DNA of 32,000 bases from Acidothermus cellulolyticus 11B (GCF_000015025.1 NC_008578.1:1-32000); one strand, 5' to 3'; positions 1 to 12,136 are shown, counted from the stretch's first letter. The notes: generated from the letters alone by a model not told the origin. A program made the numbers and translations.

Positions 1-30
1 GATTCCTAATCGGCGACAAAAGACATGCAG

Positions 31-39
31 TTCTCCACA
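31..39 (+). promoter_or_regulatory. DnaA-box-like 9-mer TTCTCCACA upstream of dnaA (possible autoregulatory site)
   Basis: Read directly. One mismatch to the actinobacterial DnaA-box consensus TTGTCCACA. Lies 36 nt upstream of the dnaA start. Confidence 0.45.
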
Positions 40-74
40 GACAACTACCTGGTGCCGAAGGGAGGGTCGACGGG

Positions 75-1517
75 ATGGCAGAGCGGGTCGCCGGCGATCC
101 GGAGCTCGCCATCTTATGGTCACGTACGGTCGATCGCCTGCAGCGCCAAGGCGATCTCTCCCCCCAGTACCAGGCATGGATCTCACTCATCCAGCCCTTG
201 GCGTTGGTCGAAGACACCGCCGTCCTCGCAGCGCCACACAGCTTTGCGAAGGAAGTTCTTGAGACCCGGCTCCGGCCGGCACTGCTCGCCGCCCTCGCAG
301 CGGAAGCCGGCCGCGAACTACGCATCGCCGTCAGCGTCGAGACACCTGCCGATGTCGCGGCCGAGACGGCATCCACCAGCACAGCGACCGAAGCCGATGA
401 CGTCGATGAGATGGACGAAGCGGCTCACGAACCAGCGTCGGGTCGATCCAGTATCGATCTTGCGAGCCAGCGGCGGGCACACGAGGCCGCTCGATTGAAC
501 CCGAAGTACACCTTCGAGACCTTCGTCATCGGAGCAAGCAATCGGTTCGCTCATGCCGCCGCTTTTGCCGCCGCCGAGTCCCCCGCCAAGGCCTATAACC
601 CCCTTTTCATCTACGGCGACTCCGGATTAGGCAAGACGCACCTTCTGCACGCCATTGGGCACTACGCGTTGAGCCTTTTCGGCAACATACGTGTCCGCTA
701 CGTGAGTTCCGAGGAATTCACCAACGACTTCATCAATTCAATCCGGGACGGAAAAGCGGAGGGATTCCGCCGACGGTACCGTGACGTCGACGTCCTCCTT
801 GTCGACGACATCCAATTCCTTGAGAACAAGGAGCAAACGCAGGAAGAGTTCTTTCACACCTTCAACACCCTGCACAACGCCAACAAGCAAATCGTCATCT
901 CGAGCGATCGGGCACCAAAACAACTGGTGACGCTTGAAGACCGGCTTCGGAACCGATTCGAATGGGGGCTCATCACCGACGTTCAACCACCGGAGCTCGA
1001 GACGCGGATCGCGATCCTCCGCAAGAAGGCGGCGCAAGAAGGCCTGGACATACCCAACGAGGTACTCGAGTACATCGCCAGCAAGATTTCCAGCAATATT
1101 CGCGAGCTGGAAGGCGCGCTGATCCGCATCAGCGCCTTCGCGAACCTCAACCGTCAACGAGTCGACCTCGCCTTGGCTGAGGTGGTCCTAAAGGACCTGA
1201 TCCCTGACAGTCAGACACCGGAGATCACCGCAGCCCTCATCATGGCGGAAACCGGTGCCTACTTCGGCGTGTCAATCGAAGATCTCTGCGGGTCATCCCG
1301 CAGCCGGGTTCTCGTCACCGCCCGGCAGGTTGCCATGTATCTCTGCCGGGAGCTGACTGATCTTTCTCTTCCGAAGATCGGCCAGCACTTTGGCGGACGG
1401 GATCACACGACGGTCATGCACGCAGACCGGAAGATTCGAGCCCTTATGGCGGAGCGTCGATCGATTTACAACCAGGTCACTGAGCTGACCAACCGGATCA
1501 AGATGCGGGCGCGATGA
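75..1517 (+). CDS. dnaA: Chromosomal replication initiator protein DnaA
   Basis: 480-aa ORF. GGAGGG at 61-66 precedes the ATG at 75. Walker [15 protein letters not shown]+ core (LLVDDIQFL, sensor motifs) and C-terminal DNA-binding domain (HTTVMHA). Canonical position upstream of dnaN. Confidence 0.97.
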   Translation: MAERVAGDPELAILWSRTVDRLQRQGDLSPQYQAWISLIQPLALVEDTAVLAAPHSFAKEVLETRLRPALLAALAAEAGRELRIAVSVETPADVAAETASTSTATEADDVDEMDEAAHEPASGRSSIDLASQRRAHEAARLNPKYTFETFVIGASNRFAHAAAFAAAESPAKAYNPLFIYGDSGLGKTHLLHAIGHYALSLFGNIRVRYVSSEEFTNDFINSIRDGKAEGFRRRYRDVDVLLVDDIQFLENKEQTQEEFFHTFNTLHNANKQIVISSDRAPKQLVTLEDRLRNRFEWGLITDVQPPELETRIAILRKKAAQEGLDIPNEVLEYIASKISSNIRELEGALIRISAFANLNRQRVDLALAEVVLKDLIPDSQTPEITAALIMAETGAYFGVSIEDLCGSSRSRVLVTARQVAMYLCRELTDLSLPKIGQHFGGRDHTTVMHADRKIRALMAERRSIYNQVTELTNRIKMRAR

Positions 1518-1920
1518 TCCCCTGGCTCTTCCATCCGCGACAGTGTGCACAGGCTGGGGACAATCCTGTGGACGACGAGTCGACCATTGCGGAAGACTTC
1601 ACAGGATCATTGGACAAGCCGCATACGTTCTGGCCAGAATCCGCATCAACCCGCACTATCTCACGATCTTTGGTTCAATCATCCACAGAGATCGCGATGC
1701 TCAGCACCCAAGCTGAGCTGCGGAAACACACGTCGTCCACACTTTCCCCTGGACCTATGACGATGACGAACAAGATCTCACAAGGCAATACAGGACAAGG
1801 TCTTCAACCCCACAGCGCACCACGCCAGGCTCGCACGTGCCTGCCCCGCACGGGCGTAGGCTCAAGCACAACTCACCGAGCGACCCTTGTCGCGTCCCAG
1901 ATTGATCAGGCAGGTGGACA
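1518..1920. other. Putative oriC (dnaA-dnaN intergenic spacer with multiple DnaA-box-like 9-mers)
   Basis: 403-bp non-coding spacer in the position oriC occupies in actinobacteria. Box-like 9-mers with 1-2 mismatches to TTGTCCACA, either strand: 1544-1552, 1555-1563 (rc TTGTCCCCA), 1567-1575 (rc TCGTCCACA), 1609-1617, 1679-1687 (TCATCCACA), 1733-1741 (TCGTCCACA), 1913-1921. Confidence 0.75.
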
Positions 1921-3084
1921 GTGAGATTCCAAGTTGACCGAGGCCTCTTCGCAGACGCGGTCGCATGGTCGGCGCGGACGTTGCCTGCTCGTCCGTCGAT
2001 GCCGGTACTAGGCGGATTGCTGATCGAGGCGATGGACGAGCTGCGGATCGCAAGCTTCGATTACGAGGTGTCAGCCAGTGCGTCAATTGACGCGACAATT
2101 GCGGAGACGGGACGGGCGCTGGTCTCTGGGCGCTTGCTGGCGGAGATCAGCCGGAACCTCCCTGCGCAACCCGTGGACGTCGAACTCGACGGCTCCCGCC
2201 TCGTGATCGCCTGTGGGGCTTCCCGTTTCACCCTTCCGTTGCTGCCGATCGAGGAGTACCCGAACCTGCCGCCCCTGCCTACGCTCGCGGGTACCATCGG
2301 GGCTGATCTTTTTGCCACGGCTGTTTCTCAGGTCGTGGTGGCGGCCGGACGCGACGACACACTTCCCGTTCTGACCGGCGTCCGGATGGAAATTGATCGA
2401 GACGTGATGACGTTGGCGGCAACGGATCGGTATCGGCTCGCGGTGCGTGACTTTCACTGGCAGCCGGCCCGCGGCGATCTCACCGCGGCGGCGCTGATTC
2501 CAGCGCGCACTCTCGGCGAGGTTGCCAAGGCCTTGACGACCGGGGCGGAAGTGACGATCTTTTTGTCGACGGAATCGACGTCGAACGAGAATCTCATCGG
2601 CTTCTCCGGCCGTGGCACCTCAGGAGAACGGCAAACGACGACGCGCCTGATCGATGGTGAGTACGTCAAATACCGGTCACTCCTGCCGGCGGAAGCCGCT
2701 GCGACTGCACAGGTTGCGACCGCGGCTCTGATCGAGGCAGTACGCCGCGTGTCACTTGTCGCACCGCGCACGTCCCCGGTACGGCTGACGTTCAATCCGG
2801 ATCGGCTGACGCTGGAAGCCGGGACCGGCGATGACGCTCAAGCATCGGAGTGGATCGACGCGCGGTTCGAAAGCAGCACCGGCGATGACGAGTTCGTCAT
2901 TGCGTTCAATCCCGCGTATCTCCTCGATGGTCTTGGCGCGGTGGAGTCCGAGACGACGACGCTGTCGTTCACCTCACCCAACAAGCCGGCGGTCCTGCGT
3001 GCCGGGAAAGATGCGGATACGTCAGCGGATGCCGGTTCCGACGACTACCGGTATCTGCTCATGCCGGTCCGTCTTGGCGGCTGA
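1921..3084 (+). CDS. dnaN: DNA polymerase III beta sliding clamp
   Basis: 387-aa ORF with GTG start. Typical DnaN N-terminus (MRFQVDRGLFADAV...) and three-domain length. Sits between dnaA and recF. Confidence 0.96.
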   Translation: MRFQVDRGLFADAVAWSARTLPARPSMPVLGGLLIEAMDELRIASFDYEVSASASIDATIAETGRALVSGRLLAEISRNLPAQPVDVELDGSRLVIACGASRFTLPLLPIEEYPNLPPLPTLAGTIGADLFATAVSQVVVAAGRDDTLPVLTGVRMEIDRDVMTLAATDRYRLAVRDFHWQPARGDLTAAALIPARTLGEVAKALTTGAEVTIFLSTESTSNENLIGFSGRGTSGERQTTTRLIDGEYVKYRSLLPAEAAATAQVATAALIEAVRRVSLVAPRTSPVRLTFNPDRLTLEAGTGDDAQASEWIDARFESSTGDDEFVIAFNPAYLLDGLGAVESETTTLSFTSPNKPAVLRAGKDADTSADAGSDDYRYLLMPVRLGG

Positions 3085-3096
3085 CATTCACCCGCT

Positions 3097-4212
3097 GTGT
3101 ATCTGAGCCGTCTCGAATTGACCGACTTTCGGTCATATCGACGCGCCGCGCTTGAGCTCGACCCGGGAGTGAACGTCTTCGTCGGATCCAACGGGCAGGG
3201 CAAGACGAATCTCGTCGAGGCCGTCTGCTACCTGGCCCTGTTGCGCAGCCACCGGACGGCGACCGACGCGCCGCTTGTTCGGCAGGGCAGCGAACGCGCC
3301 GTCCTGCATGGGGAAGTCCTGACCTCCGGCCGCCGCATTGACCTGGATGTGGAAATCGTCCCCGGTCGGGCGAACAGACTCCGTGTCAATGGACACGCAA
3401 CCCGCCGCGCCCGGGACCTGGTCGGAATTCTGCGGGTCGTCATCTTTGCCCCGGAGGATCTCGCCTTAGTGAAAGGCGATCCCGCGGCGCGACGGGACTA
3501 TCTCGATGATGTTCTCGTGGAGTTGCGTCCGCGGCTGTTCGCCGTCCGTGCCGAGTACGAGAAGGCCTTGCGGCAGCGCAATGCATTTCTTCGTGCCGTG
3601 GCGCAGGACGGCCAGCAGGTCGATCGCAACAGCCTCGACGTGTGGAACCTGCACTTTGCGCGGGCGGCCGCGGCACTTCTCGACGCACGACGACGGCTGG
3701 TTCACGAACTGGCGCCTTTCGTCGAGAAGGCGTACGCCGCAATCTCAGGCGGCAGTGGAGCTGTTCGCCTGGAATACCGGAGCACTGTCCCGGAAGAAGT
3801 GTTGCAGGACGCCGACGAGGAGACACGGATCGCCGGTATTCTCGCCGCACTCCGCAAGGTCCAGGACGCCGAACTGGCCCGCGGGCTCACCCTCGTCGGG
3901 CCGCATCGCGATGATCTCAACTTGGAGCTGGATAGCCGCCCGGCCCGGGGTTATGCCAGCCACGGTGAGTCGTGGTCGTACGCTCTCGCGCTGCGCCTAG
4001 GGGCGTACGAGCTGCTCCGCTCGGATGGGGAGACACCGGTGATGATTCTGGACGACGTGTACGCCGAGCTGGATCAGCAGCGCAGGCGCAGGCTGACCGG
4101 ATGTGTCAGCGGAGCCGAACAATTGCTCATCACGTCAGCGGTTGACGAACCCGACCTTCCGGTCGGGCGCCGCTACGTCGTCCATGAGAGCCAGGTGCAC
4201 GTTGCCGACTGA
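3097..4212 (+). CDS. recF: DNA replication and repair protein RecF
   Basis: 371-aa ORF with GTG start. N-terminal RecF signature LELTDFRSY plus Walker A GSNGQGKTNLVEA. Walker B ILDDVYAELD near the C-terminus. Confidence 0.95.
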   Translation: MYLSRLELTDFRSYRRAALELDPGVNVFVGSNGQGKTNLVEAVCYLALLRSHRTATDAPLVRQGSERAVLHGEVLTSGRRIDLDVEIVPGRANRLRVNGHATRRARDLVGILRVVIFAPEDLALVKGDPAARRDYLDDVLVELRPRLFAVRAEYEKALRQRNAFLRAVAQDGQQVDRNSLDVWNLHFARAAAALLDARRRLVHELAPFVEKAYAAISGGSGAVRLEYRSTVPEEVLQDADEETRIAGILAALRKVQDAELARGLTLVGPHRDDLNLELDSRPARGYASHGESWSYALALRLGAYELLRSDGETPVMILDDVYAELDQQRRRRLTGCVSGAEQLLITSAVDEPDLPVGRRYVVHESQVHVAD

Positions 4213-4696
4213 TCACACCAAGTCGGCTGATCACGCCGACGGCCCGGACCTTGCCCGGGCGGCACTGCGCCGCGCTCGGGAAAGGGCTCGGCGGGCAGGC
4301 CAGCCGCCACTCTGGTCGACGCGCCGCGACCCGCAAACGTCGACTGGTGAGCCGGAACTTCTTGGTGCGTCGGTGCACCGCATTCTGCGCGACCTCGGCT
4401 GGCTGGACCGGATCACCATTACGCGCCTGGTCGATGAGTGGCCAAAGATCATCGGACCTGAGCTGGCCCAGCACTGCCGGCCGGAGAGCTACGACCGCGG
4501 CGTGCTCCACATACAGGCGGATTCGACCGCCTGGGCAACACAGCTTCGGCTTCTTCTACCGCAGTTGACCGCCCGGGTCCAGGAGGCCGCCGGCGATCTT
4601 ATTCGGCTGGTCGATGTCAGAGGACCGACCGCGCCGTCATGGCGCCACGGCCCGCTCCGGGTCCGCGGCGCCGGGCCACGCGACACTTACGGCTGA
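4184..4696 (+). CDS. DUF721 (DciA-like) domain protein, Rv0004-type
   Basis: Conserved recF-gyrB position. The ORF 4103-4696 overlaps recF. I chose the in-frame ATG at 4184, with TTG at 4202 as an alternative. C-terminal half fits the DUF721 pattern (WPKIIGPELAQHCRPESYDRGVLHIQADSTAWATQLR). Confidence 0.8.
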   Translation: MRARCTLPTDHTKSADHADGPDLARAALRRARERARRAGQPPLWSTRRDPQTSTGEPELLGASVHRILRDLGWLDRITITRLVDEWPKIIGPELAQHCRPESYDRGVLHIQADSTAWATQLRLLLPQLTARVQEAAGDLIRLVDVRGPTAPSWRHGPLRVRGAGPRDTYG

Positions 4697-4835
4697 CCAG
4701 GCGCCTCGTTCCCCACAGTCCTGAAACCGGCTGGTCACAGCGCCGCGATTTGCCATCCACAGCCTTGCTGAGCGTCTGCCATGGCCGGCTGGCGGTGAGG
4801 TACGACGTAAAATGAAAAAGACGTTTGACCGTTAG

Positions 4836-6944
<2,109 letters not shown>

Positions 6945-6982
6945 GCTTCAGCAGTTCCGACGACTGAACGAAAGGCCCATCC

Positions 6983-9487
6983 GTGACGCAGGACACCACG
7001 CTTCCCCCCGAAGGCGGCCGGATCGAACCGGTCGACCTTCAGGTGGAGATGCAGCGCAGTTACCTCGACTACGCGATGAGCGTCATCGTCGGGCGGGCGC
7101 TGCCTGATGTCCGCGATGGTCTCAAGCCGGTGCATCGCAGGGTCCTGTATGCGATGTACGACGGTGGTTACCGCCCCGACCGGGGTTACGTCAAGTGCGC
7201 CCGGGTGGTCGGGGACGTCATCGGGAGCTACCACCCTCATGGCGATGCTGCGGTCTATGACACGCTGGTACGGCTCGCCCAACCGTGGGTGATGCGCCAT
7301 CCTCTCGTCGATGGGCAGGGAAATTTCGGCTCGCCGGGTAATGACCCGGCGGCGGCGATGCGCTACACCGAGTGCCGCTTGACACCCCTTGCCATGGAGA
7401 TGCTGCGGGACATCGGGAAAGAAACCGTTGACTTCGTCCCGAATTACGACGGCCGCCAAATGGAGCCGGTCATTCTGCCGGCCCGGTTCCCGAACCTCCT
7501 GGTGAACGGATCCGCCGGCATCGCCGTCGGCATGGCGACCAACATTCCGCCGCACAATCTGCGCGAAGTGGCGGCCGGCGCCCAGTGGGCGCTGGAACAT
7601 CCGGATGCGACCCGCGAAGAGCTCCTGGCTGCCTTGCTGGAGCGGATCAAAGGCCCCGATTTCCCGACCGGGGGCGTCATCGTGGGACACGCTGGCATCG
7701 AAGAGGCATACCGCACCGGCCGCGGCTCGATCGTGATGCGGGCCGTCGTCGAGGTCGAGGAAGACGCCCGCGGCCGGCAGAGCCTCGTGGTCACGCAACT
7801 TCCGTACCAGGTAAACCCGGACAATCTCGCGGTCCGTATCGCTGAATTGGTCTCGGAAGGAAGAATCCCGGGAATCGCGGACATCCGCGATGACTCGTCG
7901 TCCCGCACCGGCCAGCGGCTCGTCATCAGCCTCAAACGGGACGCCGTCCCCAAGGTTGTCCTCGCCAATCTGTACAAGCACACGCAACTGCAGGACACCT
8001 TCGGCGCGAACATGGTCGCGCTCGTGGACAATGTCCCGCGGACGCTCTCCCTTGACGCGTTCATCCGGCACTGGGTGGCGCATCAGATCGACGTCATCGT
8101 CCGGCGGACCCGATATGACCTCCGCGAAGCGGAACGCCGGGCCCACATCCTCCGAGGCCTGGTCAAGGCGCTTGACCAACTGGACGCCGTCATCGCCCTC
8201 ATCCGCGGTTCCGCCTCTGCGGACGAAGCCCGAAGCGGCCTCATGGAATTGCTCGACGTCGACGAGGTGCAGGCAACCGCCATTCTCGACATGCAGTTGC
8301 GGAAGTTGGCCGCGCTTGAACGCCAGGCCATCATCGACGATCTGGCGAAGCATGAGGCGGAGATCGCCGATCTCAACGACATTCTCGCCAACGAATCCCG
8401 GCAACGCGCGATCGTCAGCGAGGAACTCAAGGAAATCGTTGACAAGTACGGCGATGAGCGGCGTACCGCCATCGTGCCGGCGGACGGCGACGTCAGCATC
8501 GAGGATCTCATTGCTGAAGAAGACGTCGTCGTGACCATTACGCGGGGCGGATACGCGAAACGCACAAAAACGTCCCTTTACCGTTCACAACGCCGCGGCG
8601 GTAAAGGCATTCAGGGCGCCCAATTACGGCAAGACGACGTTGTCGAGCATTTCTTCGTGACCACCACTCACCACTGGCTGCTGTTCTTCACCGACAAGGG
8701 CCGGGTGTATCGCCTCAAGGCGTACGAAATACCGGAAGCGGCACGGAGCGCGCGCGGGCAGCACGTCGCGAACCTCCTCGCGTTCCAACCGGATGAGAAA
8801 ATCGCCCAGGTCCTTGCCTTGCGGGATTACGACGCCGCGCCGTACCTCGTCCTTGCGACCCGATCCGGATTGGTGAAGAAGACCGCGTTACGGGAATTCG
8901 ACTCCAATCGCACCGGCGGCATTATCGCGATCAATCTTCGCGACGACGACGTCGTCATTGGCGCACGACTCGTCTCCCCGGACGACGAATTGCTGCTGGT
9001 GAGTCGGAAAGCGCAGGCCATCCGCTTCCGGGCCGACGACGAGGCACTCCGGCCGATGGGGCGTGCGACGTCCGGTGTCATCGGCATGCGGTTCCACGAC
9101 GACGACGCGCTTCTTGCCATGATGGTCGTCCGTCCGCAGGCCTACGTCTTCGTCGCGACGACAAAGGGATACGCAAAGCGGACGCCGATCGAGGAGTATC
9201 CGCTGCAGGGCCGCGGAGGATACGGCGTCATCACGGCGAAAATCACAGCGGAGCGCGGGGACCTGGTCGGTGCCTTGATGGTCGACGAGGAGGACGAGGT
9301 GCTCGCGATAACCGTACTGGGCGGGGTGATCCGCACCCGGGTCTCCGAAGTACGGCCGACGTCACGCGCAACAATGGGCGTCCGGCTCATGGATCTCGCG
9401 GAGAACGACGCTCTGGTCGCCATCACCAGAAACGCCGAGCGGGGCGGCGACGCCGGGATCGGCGAGGAGGAGTCACCGGCCCGCTGA
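6983..9487 (+). CDS. gyrA: DNA gyrase subunit A
   Basis: 834-aa ORF with GTG start. Contains DGLKPVHRR, the QRDR-type segment [17 protein letters not shown], active-site AAMRYTE, and C-terminal beta-pinwheel repeats. Confidence 0.97.
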   Translation: MTQDTTLPPEGGRIEPVDLQVEMQRSYLDYAMSVIVGRALPDVRDGLKPVHRRVLYAMYDGGYRPDRGYVKCARVVGDVIGSYHPHGDAAVYDTLVRLAQPWVMRHPLVDGQGNFGSPGNDPAAAMRYTECRLTPLAMEMLRDIGKETVDFVPNYDGRQMEPVILPARFPNLLVNGSAGIAVGMATNIPPHNLREVAAGAQWALEHPDATREELLAALLERIKGPDFPTGGVIVGHAGIEEAYRTGRGSIVMRAVVEVEEDARGRQSLVVTQLPYQVNPDNLAVRIAELVSEGRIPGIADIRDDSSSRTGQRLVISLKRDAVPKVVLANLYKHTQLQDTFGANMVALVDNVPRTLSLDAFIRHWVAHQIDVIVRRTRYDLREAERRAHILRGLVKALDQLDAVIALIRGSASADEARSGLMELLDVDEVQATAILDMQLRKLAALERQAIIDDLAKHEAEIADLNDILANESRQRAIVSEELKEIVDKYGDERRTAIVPADGDVSIEDLIAEEDVVVTITRGGYAKRTKTSLYRSQRRGGKGIQGAQLRQDDVVEHFFVTTTHHWLLFFTDKGRVYRLKAYEIPEAARSARGQHVANLLAFQPDEKIAQVLALRDYDAAPYLVLATRSGLVKKTALREFDSNRTGGIIAINLRDDDVVIGARLVSPDDELLLVSRKAQAIRFRADDEALRPMGRATSGVIGMRFHDDDALLAMMVVRPQAYVFVATTKGYAKRTPIEEYPLQGRGGYGVITAKITAERGDLVGALMVDEEDEVLAITVLGGVIRTRVSEVRPTSRATMGVRLMDLAENDALVAITRNAERGGDAGIGEEESPAR

Positions 9488-9581
9488 CGGGTGCGTTCTC
9501 GCCTGACAACGGGCAGGATGGGAGGAAGCAGCCGTCCGGCGGAGGACGCCGGTCGGTGGTCGTGGCGCAAGGAGTAAGCAG

Positions 9582-10040
9582 GTGGCCGACGCCGACGTAC
9601 CTACAGCCGTGCCAGCGCGCGGCGTCTCCGCGCGGAACCCCCAGCAGCCGGCGATTCGCGTCGGACCGCCGTCCCGCGGCCGACGGCGCGCTCGGCTCGT
9701 TATCAAGCACATCGATCCGTGGACGGCGATGAAAGTGACCTTCGTCGTCAGCCTCGCGCTCCTCGTCATCGGGGTGGTGGCCGTGGCAATCGTCTACGCC
9801 GTGCTCGGCGGGATGGGGGTCTGGGATCAGATCAACAACTTGGTCAACGAAGTGGCACCGACGACAGCGAGCCAGGCGCTGCGGAATCCCTTCTCCGCGT
9901 CCCGGGTCATCACGATCACCGCAGCGGTTGGAGCGATCAATGTGATCATTCTGACCGCGCTGGCGACGCTTGGTGCGGCTATTTATAACGTGATTGCCGA
10001 TCTCGTGGGGGGCATCGAGGTGACCCTCACCGAGCCGTAG
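9582..10040 (+). CDS. DUF3566 membrane protein (Rv0007-type)
   Basis: AAGGAG lies upstream of the GTG at 9582. Arg-rich N-terminus, then IKHIDPWTAMKVTFVVSLAL and C-terminal LTALATLGAAIYNVIADLVGGIEVTLTE. Conserved position after gyrA. Confidence 0.85.
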   Translation: MADADVPTAVPARGVSARNPQQPAIRVGPPSRGRRRARLVIKHIDPWTAMKVTFVVSLALLVIGVVAVAIVYAVLGGMGVWDQINNLVNEVAPTTASQALRNPFSASRVITITAAVGAINVIILTALATLGAAIYNVIADLVGGIEVTLTEP

Positions 10041-10110
10041 TCCCCCGGCCACCGACCCCGCGGGAGGTGCCCAACGGCCCTCGGTGGATGCGGTACCCTC
10101 AGCAAGGCAT

Positions 10111-10184
<74 letters not shown>

Positions 10185-10208
10185 CTCACGTCCGAGAGAG
10201 GTGATCGC

Positions 10209-10340
10209 GTGCGGAAGGCACTCCTCGCAGTGGCGATTCTCGCCGGCGTACTGTTCATCTACCGGCGGCTGCGCGCCGCGCGCGCCGAAGAAGATCTGTG
10301 GATTGAAGCGACCCGCGCTGAGCCGGTCGGAGCGGAATAG
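10209..10340 (+). CDS. Small single-TM protein, DLW-39-like micro-ORF (43 aa)
   Basis: GTG at 10209, preceded by GAGAGAGGTGA. Sequence is VRKALLAVAILAGVLFIYRRLRAARAEEDLWIEATRAEPVGAE: one TM helix, a basic stretch, then a DLW motif. It lies between tRNA-Ile and tRNA-Ala. From memory this resembles the small actinobacterial DLW-39 family. Not verified by search. Confidence 0.6.
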   Translation: MRKALLAVAILAGVLFIYRRLRAARAEEDLWIEATRAEPVGAE

Positions 10341-10370
10341 CCGAAGAACCGGTCAGGTCGGTCACGCGAA

Positions 10371-10443
10371 CGGGGCCATAGCTCAGCTGGTAGAGCACCG
10401 CCTTTGCAAGGCGGGTGTCCGGGGTTCGAGTCCCCGTGGCTCC
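10371..10443 (+). tRNA. tRNA-Ala (anticodon TGC)
   Basis: Acceptor GGGGCCA/TGGCTCC including the G3:U70 Ala identity pair. Anticodon loop CTTTGCAAG, T-arm CCGGGGTTCGAGTCCCCG. CCA is not encoded. Confidence 0.95.
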
Positions 10444-10466
10444 ACAACCGGCGGCGGTCACGAGCG

Positions 10467-10511
10467 TAGGGCGGCCCAACTGCACCGGCGTCCAGCTGCG
10501 TGGCGGGCGGC
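10467..10511 (+). repeat. Left copy of the 45-nt imperfect direct repeat bracketing the cassette
   Basis: AGGGCGGCCCAACTGCACCGGCGTCCAGCTGCGTGGCGGGCGGCC. 40/45 identical to 12092-12136, aligned by hand. Both copies are preceded by CACGA. Begins 24 nt after tRNA-Ala. Confidence 0.85.
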
Positions 10512-10676
10512 CCTCGTGGCCAATGACTCATCGGGTATCGGCTACGCCGCCAGCGCCACAGCAGGTGGGATATTCGCCTTCGCTTCCCACTGCTTGCGGT
10601 ATGGACGCTTGATAAGTAGTACTATTTCGGTTGCAATACGTTCCTGACGGAAGACCTCAAGATCGGGATTGAAGAC

Positions 10677-11309
10677 ATGCGTCCGTTCGTGTTGCGGTTG
10701 GGTGGCGCCGCCGTCCTGTCCGTGGTCTTATCTATCGCCGTCGTCTCCGTGGCCCAGGCTGCGCCCACGCCAAGTGCCAGCGTGCCGCCTGGCGAATCAT
10801 CGGCGTCGAACGTCCTACTGCTTGGTGACGGTGACGTCACGGTCGTCCCGTCGGCTCTTCCAACGAACGTGAGTACTACAAAGCTTGTGGCCTCCTGGGA
10901 CAAAACGCTGCCCGCGCTGAAGAAGGCTCTAGCTAGCGGCGCCTCGCTGTCGACCGCACTGCAACAAGCCGGGTTGCCGGCTCTTACCGGCAGCATGGTG
11001 TCCGGAACCGTGAGTAGTGGCGGCATCCACCCCGATGGCGTATCGTGCCAGAACTGGACGTGCGGCTGGAAGTTCTCCGCACTGAGCTCGTTCGAGATTG
11101 CGTGGTTAGTCTGGGCAGGAACGATCACCGGCCCAGGTGCGATCTGCTTCTTCCTCGGCTCGGAAACCGCCGGCTTGGCCTGTACGGCGGCAAGCGCGCT
11201 GTGGGGGATCGTCAGTGCCTACGTAGATTTCCCTCCGTCCTACAATCCACACCGCTGCCTGTACATCGGGGTGGGCTGGCGCATTGTAGCGAAGTGGGAA
11301 TCCTGCTAA
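10677..11309 (+). CDS. Secreted hypothetical protein: signal peptide, Ser/Ala-rich region, C-terminal hydrophobic Cys6 domain
   Basis: 210-aa ORF. N-terminal signal peptide (basic n-region, hydrophobic core, AQA-AP cleavage-like site). All six Cys lie in the last ~90 aa. Two TTA codons, other A/T-ending codons and a TAA stop. I recognise no family. Confidence 0.65.
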   Translation: MRPFVLRLGGAAVLSVVLSIAVVSVAQAAPTPSASVPPGESSASNVLLLGDGDVTVVPSALPTNVSTTKLVASWDKTLPALKKALASGASLSTALQQAGLPALTGSMVSGTVSSGGIHPDGVSCQNWTCGWKFSALSSFEIAWLVWAGTITGPGAICFFLGSETAGLACTAASALWGIVSAYVDFPPSYNPHRCLYIGVGWRIVAKWESC

Positions 11310-11337
11310 CCGACGATCCGACGACGAGAACGGTGGT

Positions 11338-11703
11338 GTGGCGCACGTGATCCCTTCAATCCGCAGCTACTGGCGGCGCTCGTCCGCGGAACGGTTGCTT
11401 GCTCGCCGGGCGCTGGTTAGGTCGGAACCCAGCGAGTCGCGGACAATCAATGAGGCGGCCGAGGGGTGGGCGTGGTTCGCCGTTCTGCTGATCCTCGCAA
11501 TGGCCGCCGTTGTCATTGGATTCGCGGTTGACCAGGCACTGACCGCAAACCAACGCGCCATCCCGTTGTTGATTCTTGGAGCTGTGGAGATCGCGACGGC
11601 TGGCCGACTCACGTACAGCTGGGTGCGGTTTCGCCGGCGGTCCGTCGGCAAAACCACGTCCGACCTCCTACGGCAGGCATCTACCGGCAAGGAGAAACAA
11701 TGA
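11338..11703 (+). CDS. Hypothetical small membrane protein (2 predicted TM helices)
   Basis: 121-aa ORF with GTG start. Two hydrophobic segments (WAWFAVLLILAMAAVVIGFAV and IPLLILGAVEIATAG) with basic flanks. Its stop overlaps the next ORF start (ATGA at 11700-11703). Confidence 0.5.
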   Translation: MAHVIPSIRSYWRRSSAERLLARRALVRSEPSESRTINEAAEGWAWFAVLLILAMAAVVIGFAVDQALTANQRAIPLLILGAVEIATAGRLTYSWVRFRRRSVGKTTSDLLRQASTGKEKQ

Positions 11704-12020
11704 CCGAAGCGGGAAACACATATTGGGGCTACCTATGTGGCGCCTTCTACATAGCAGCGGGCCTCTTGACGGCAGGCTACGGCGTGGCGAGCCTGCATGC
11801 CGACCAAGGCCGAGCCATGCTCGCGTTGCCTGGTGGTATCGCAATCGCCATTGCCGTTCTCAGCGCGGTTCGCGAGCATTGGCGCCAAAACCACATTCCA
11901 GCAACGTCAACGATCGCCGATTTGGTCAGCGAGCGGCAGGCTACAGCCGTTACGGGGTCGGCGGAGACGGCGCGAAGCTCGACACGCCAAGTCAGTGTAA
12001 TCCTCGGCAGCGTGCATTGA
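11700..12020 (+). CDS. Hypothetical small membrane protein (2 predicted TM helices)
   Basis: 106-aa ORF. ATG overlaps the upstream stop, suggesting translational coupling. Hydrophobic segments are YLCGAFYIAAGLLTAGYGV and LALPGGIAIAIAVLSAV. Uses ATA, CTA and GTA codons. Confidence 0.5.
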   Translation: MTEAGNTYWGYLCGAFYIAAGLLTAGYGVASLHADQGRAMLALPGGIAIAIAVLSAVREHWRQNHIPATSTIADLVSERQATAVTGSAETARSSTRQVSVILGSVH

Positions 12021-12091
12021 AGAACGCGGGGCCAAGGTTCGACATGTCCGTCCCAGTGCTGGGGTGGCTGCCTTGTGGCCCTGCCCCACGA

Positions 12092-12136
12092 AGGGCGGCC
12101 CAACTGCACTGGCGTATACCTGCGTGGCGGGCAGCC
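12092..12136 (+). repeat. Right copy of the 45-nt imperfect direct repeat
   Basis: AGGGCGGCCCAACTGCACTGGCGTATACCTGCGTGGCGGGCAGCC. Lies about 70 nt beyond the stop of the minus-strand CwsA-like gene. Enclosed by a 9-bp inverted repeat, GTGGCTGCC (12064-12072) and GGCAGCCAC (12130-12138). Confidence 0.85.

Noticed and set aside
10622-11128. 168-aa minus-strand ORF antisense to the secreted Cys6 protein gene
   Set aside because: It has no signal, motif or ribosome-binding-site support. The plus-strand ORF has a textbook signal peptide and is followed by coupled ORFs on the same strand. Without expression data, the antisense ORF cannot be fully excluded.
10467-12136. Calling the repeat-bracketed cassette a mobile element or integrative island
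   Set aside because: No integrase, recombinase, transposase or terminal inverted repeats are visible, and the repeat does not overlap the tRNA 3' end as classical att sites do. I report it as an atypical insertion-like cassette, not as a defined mobile element.
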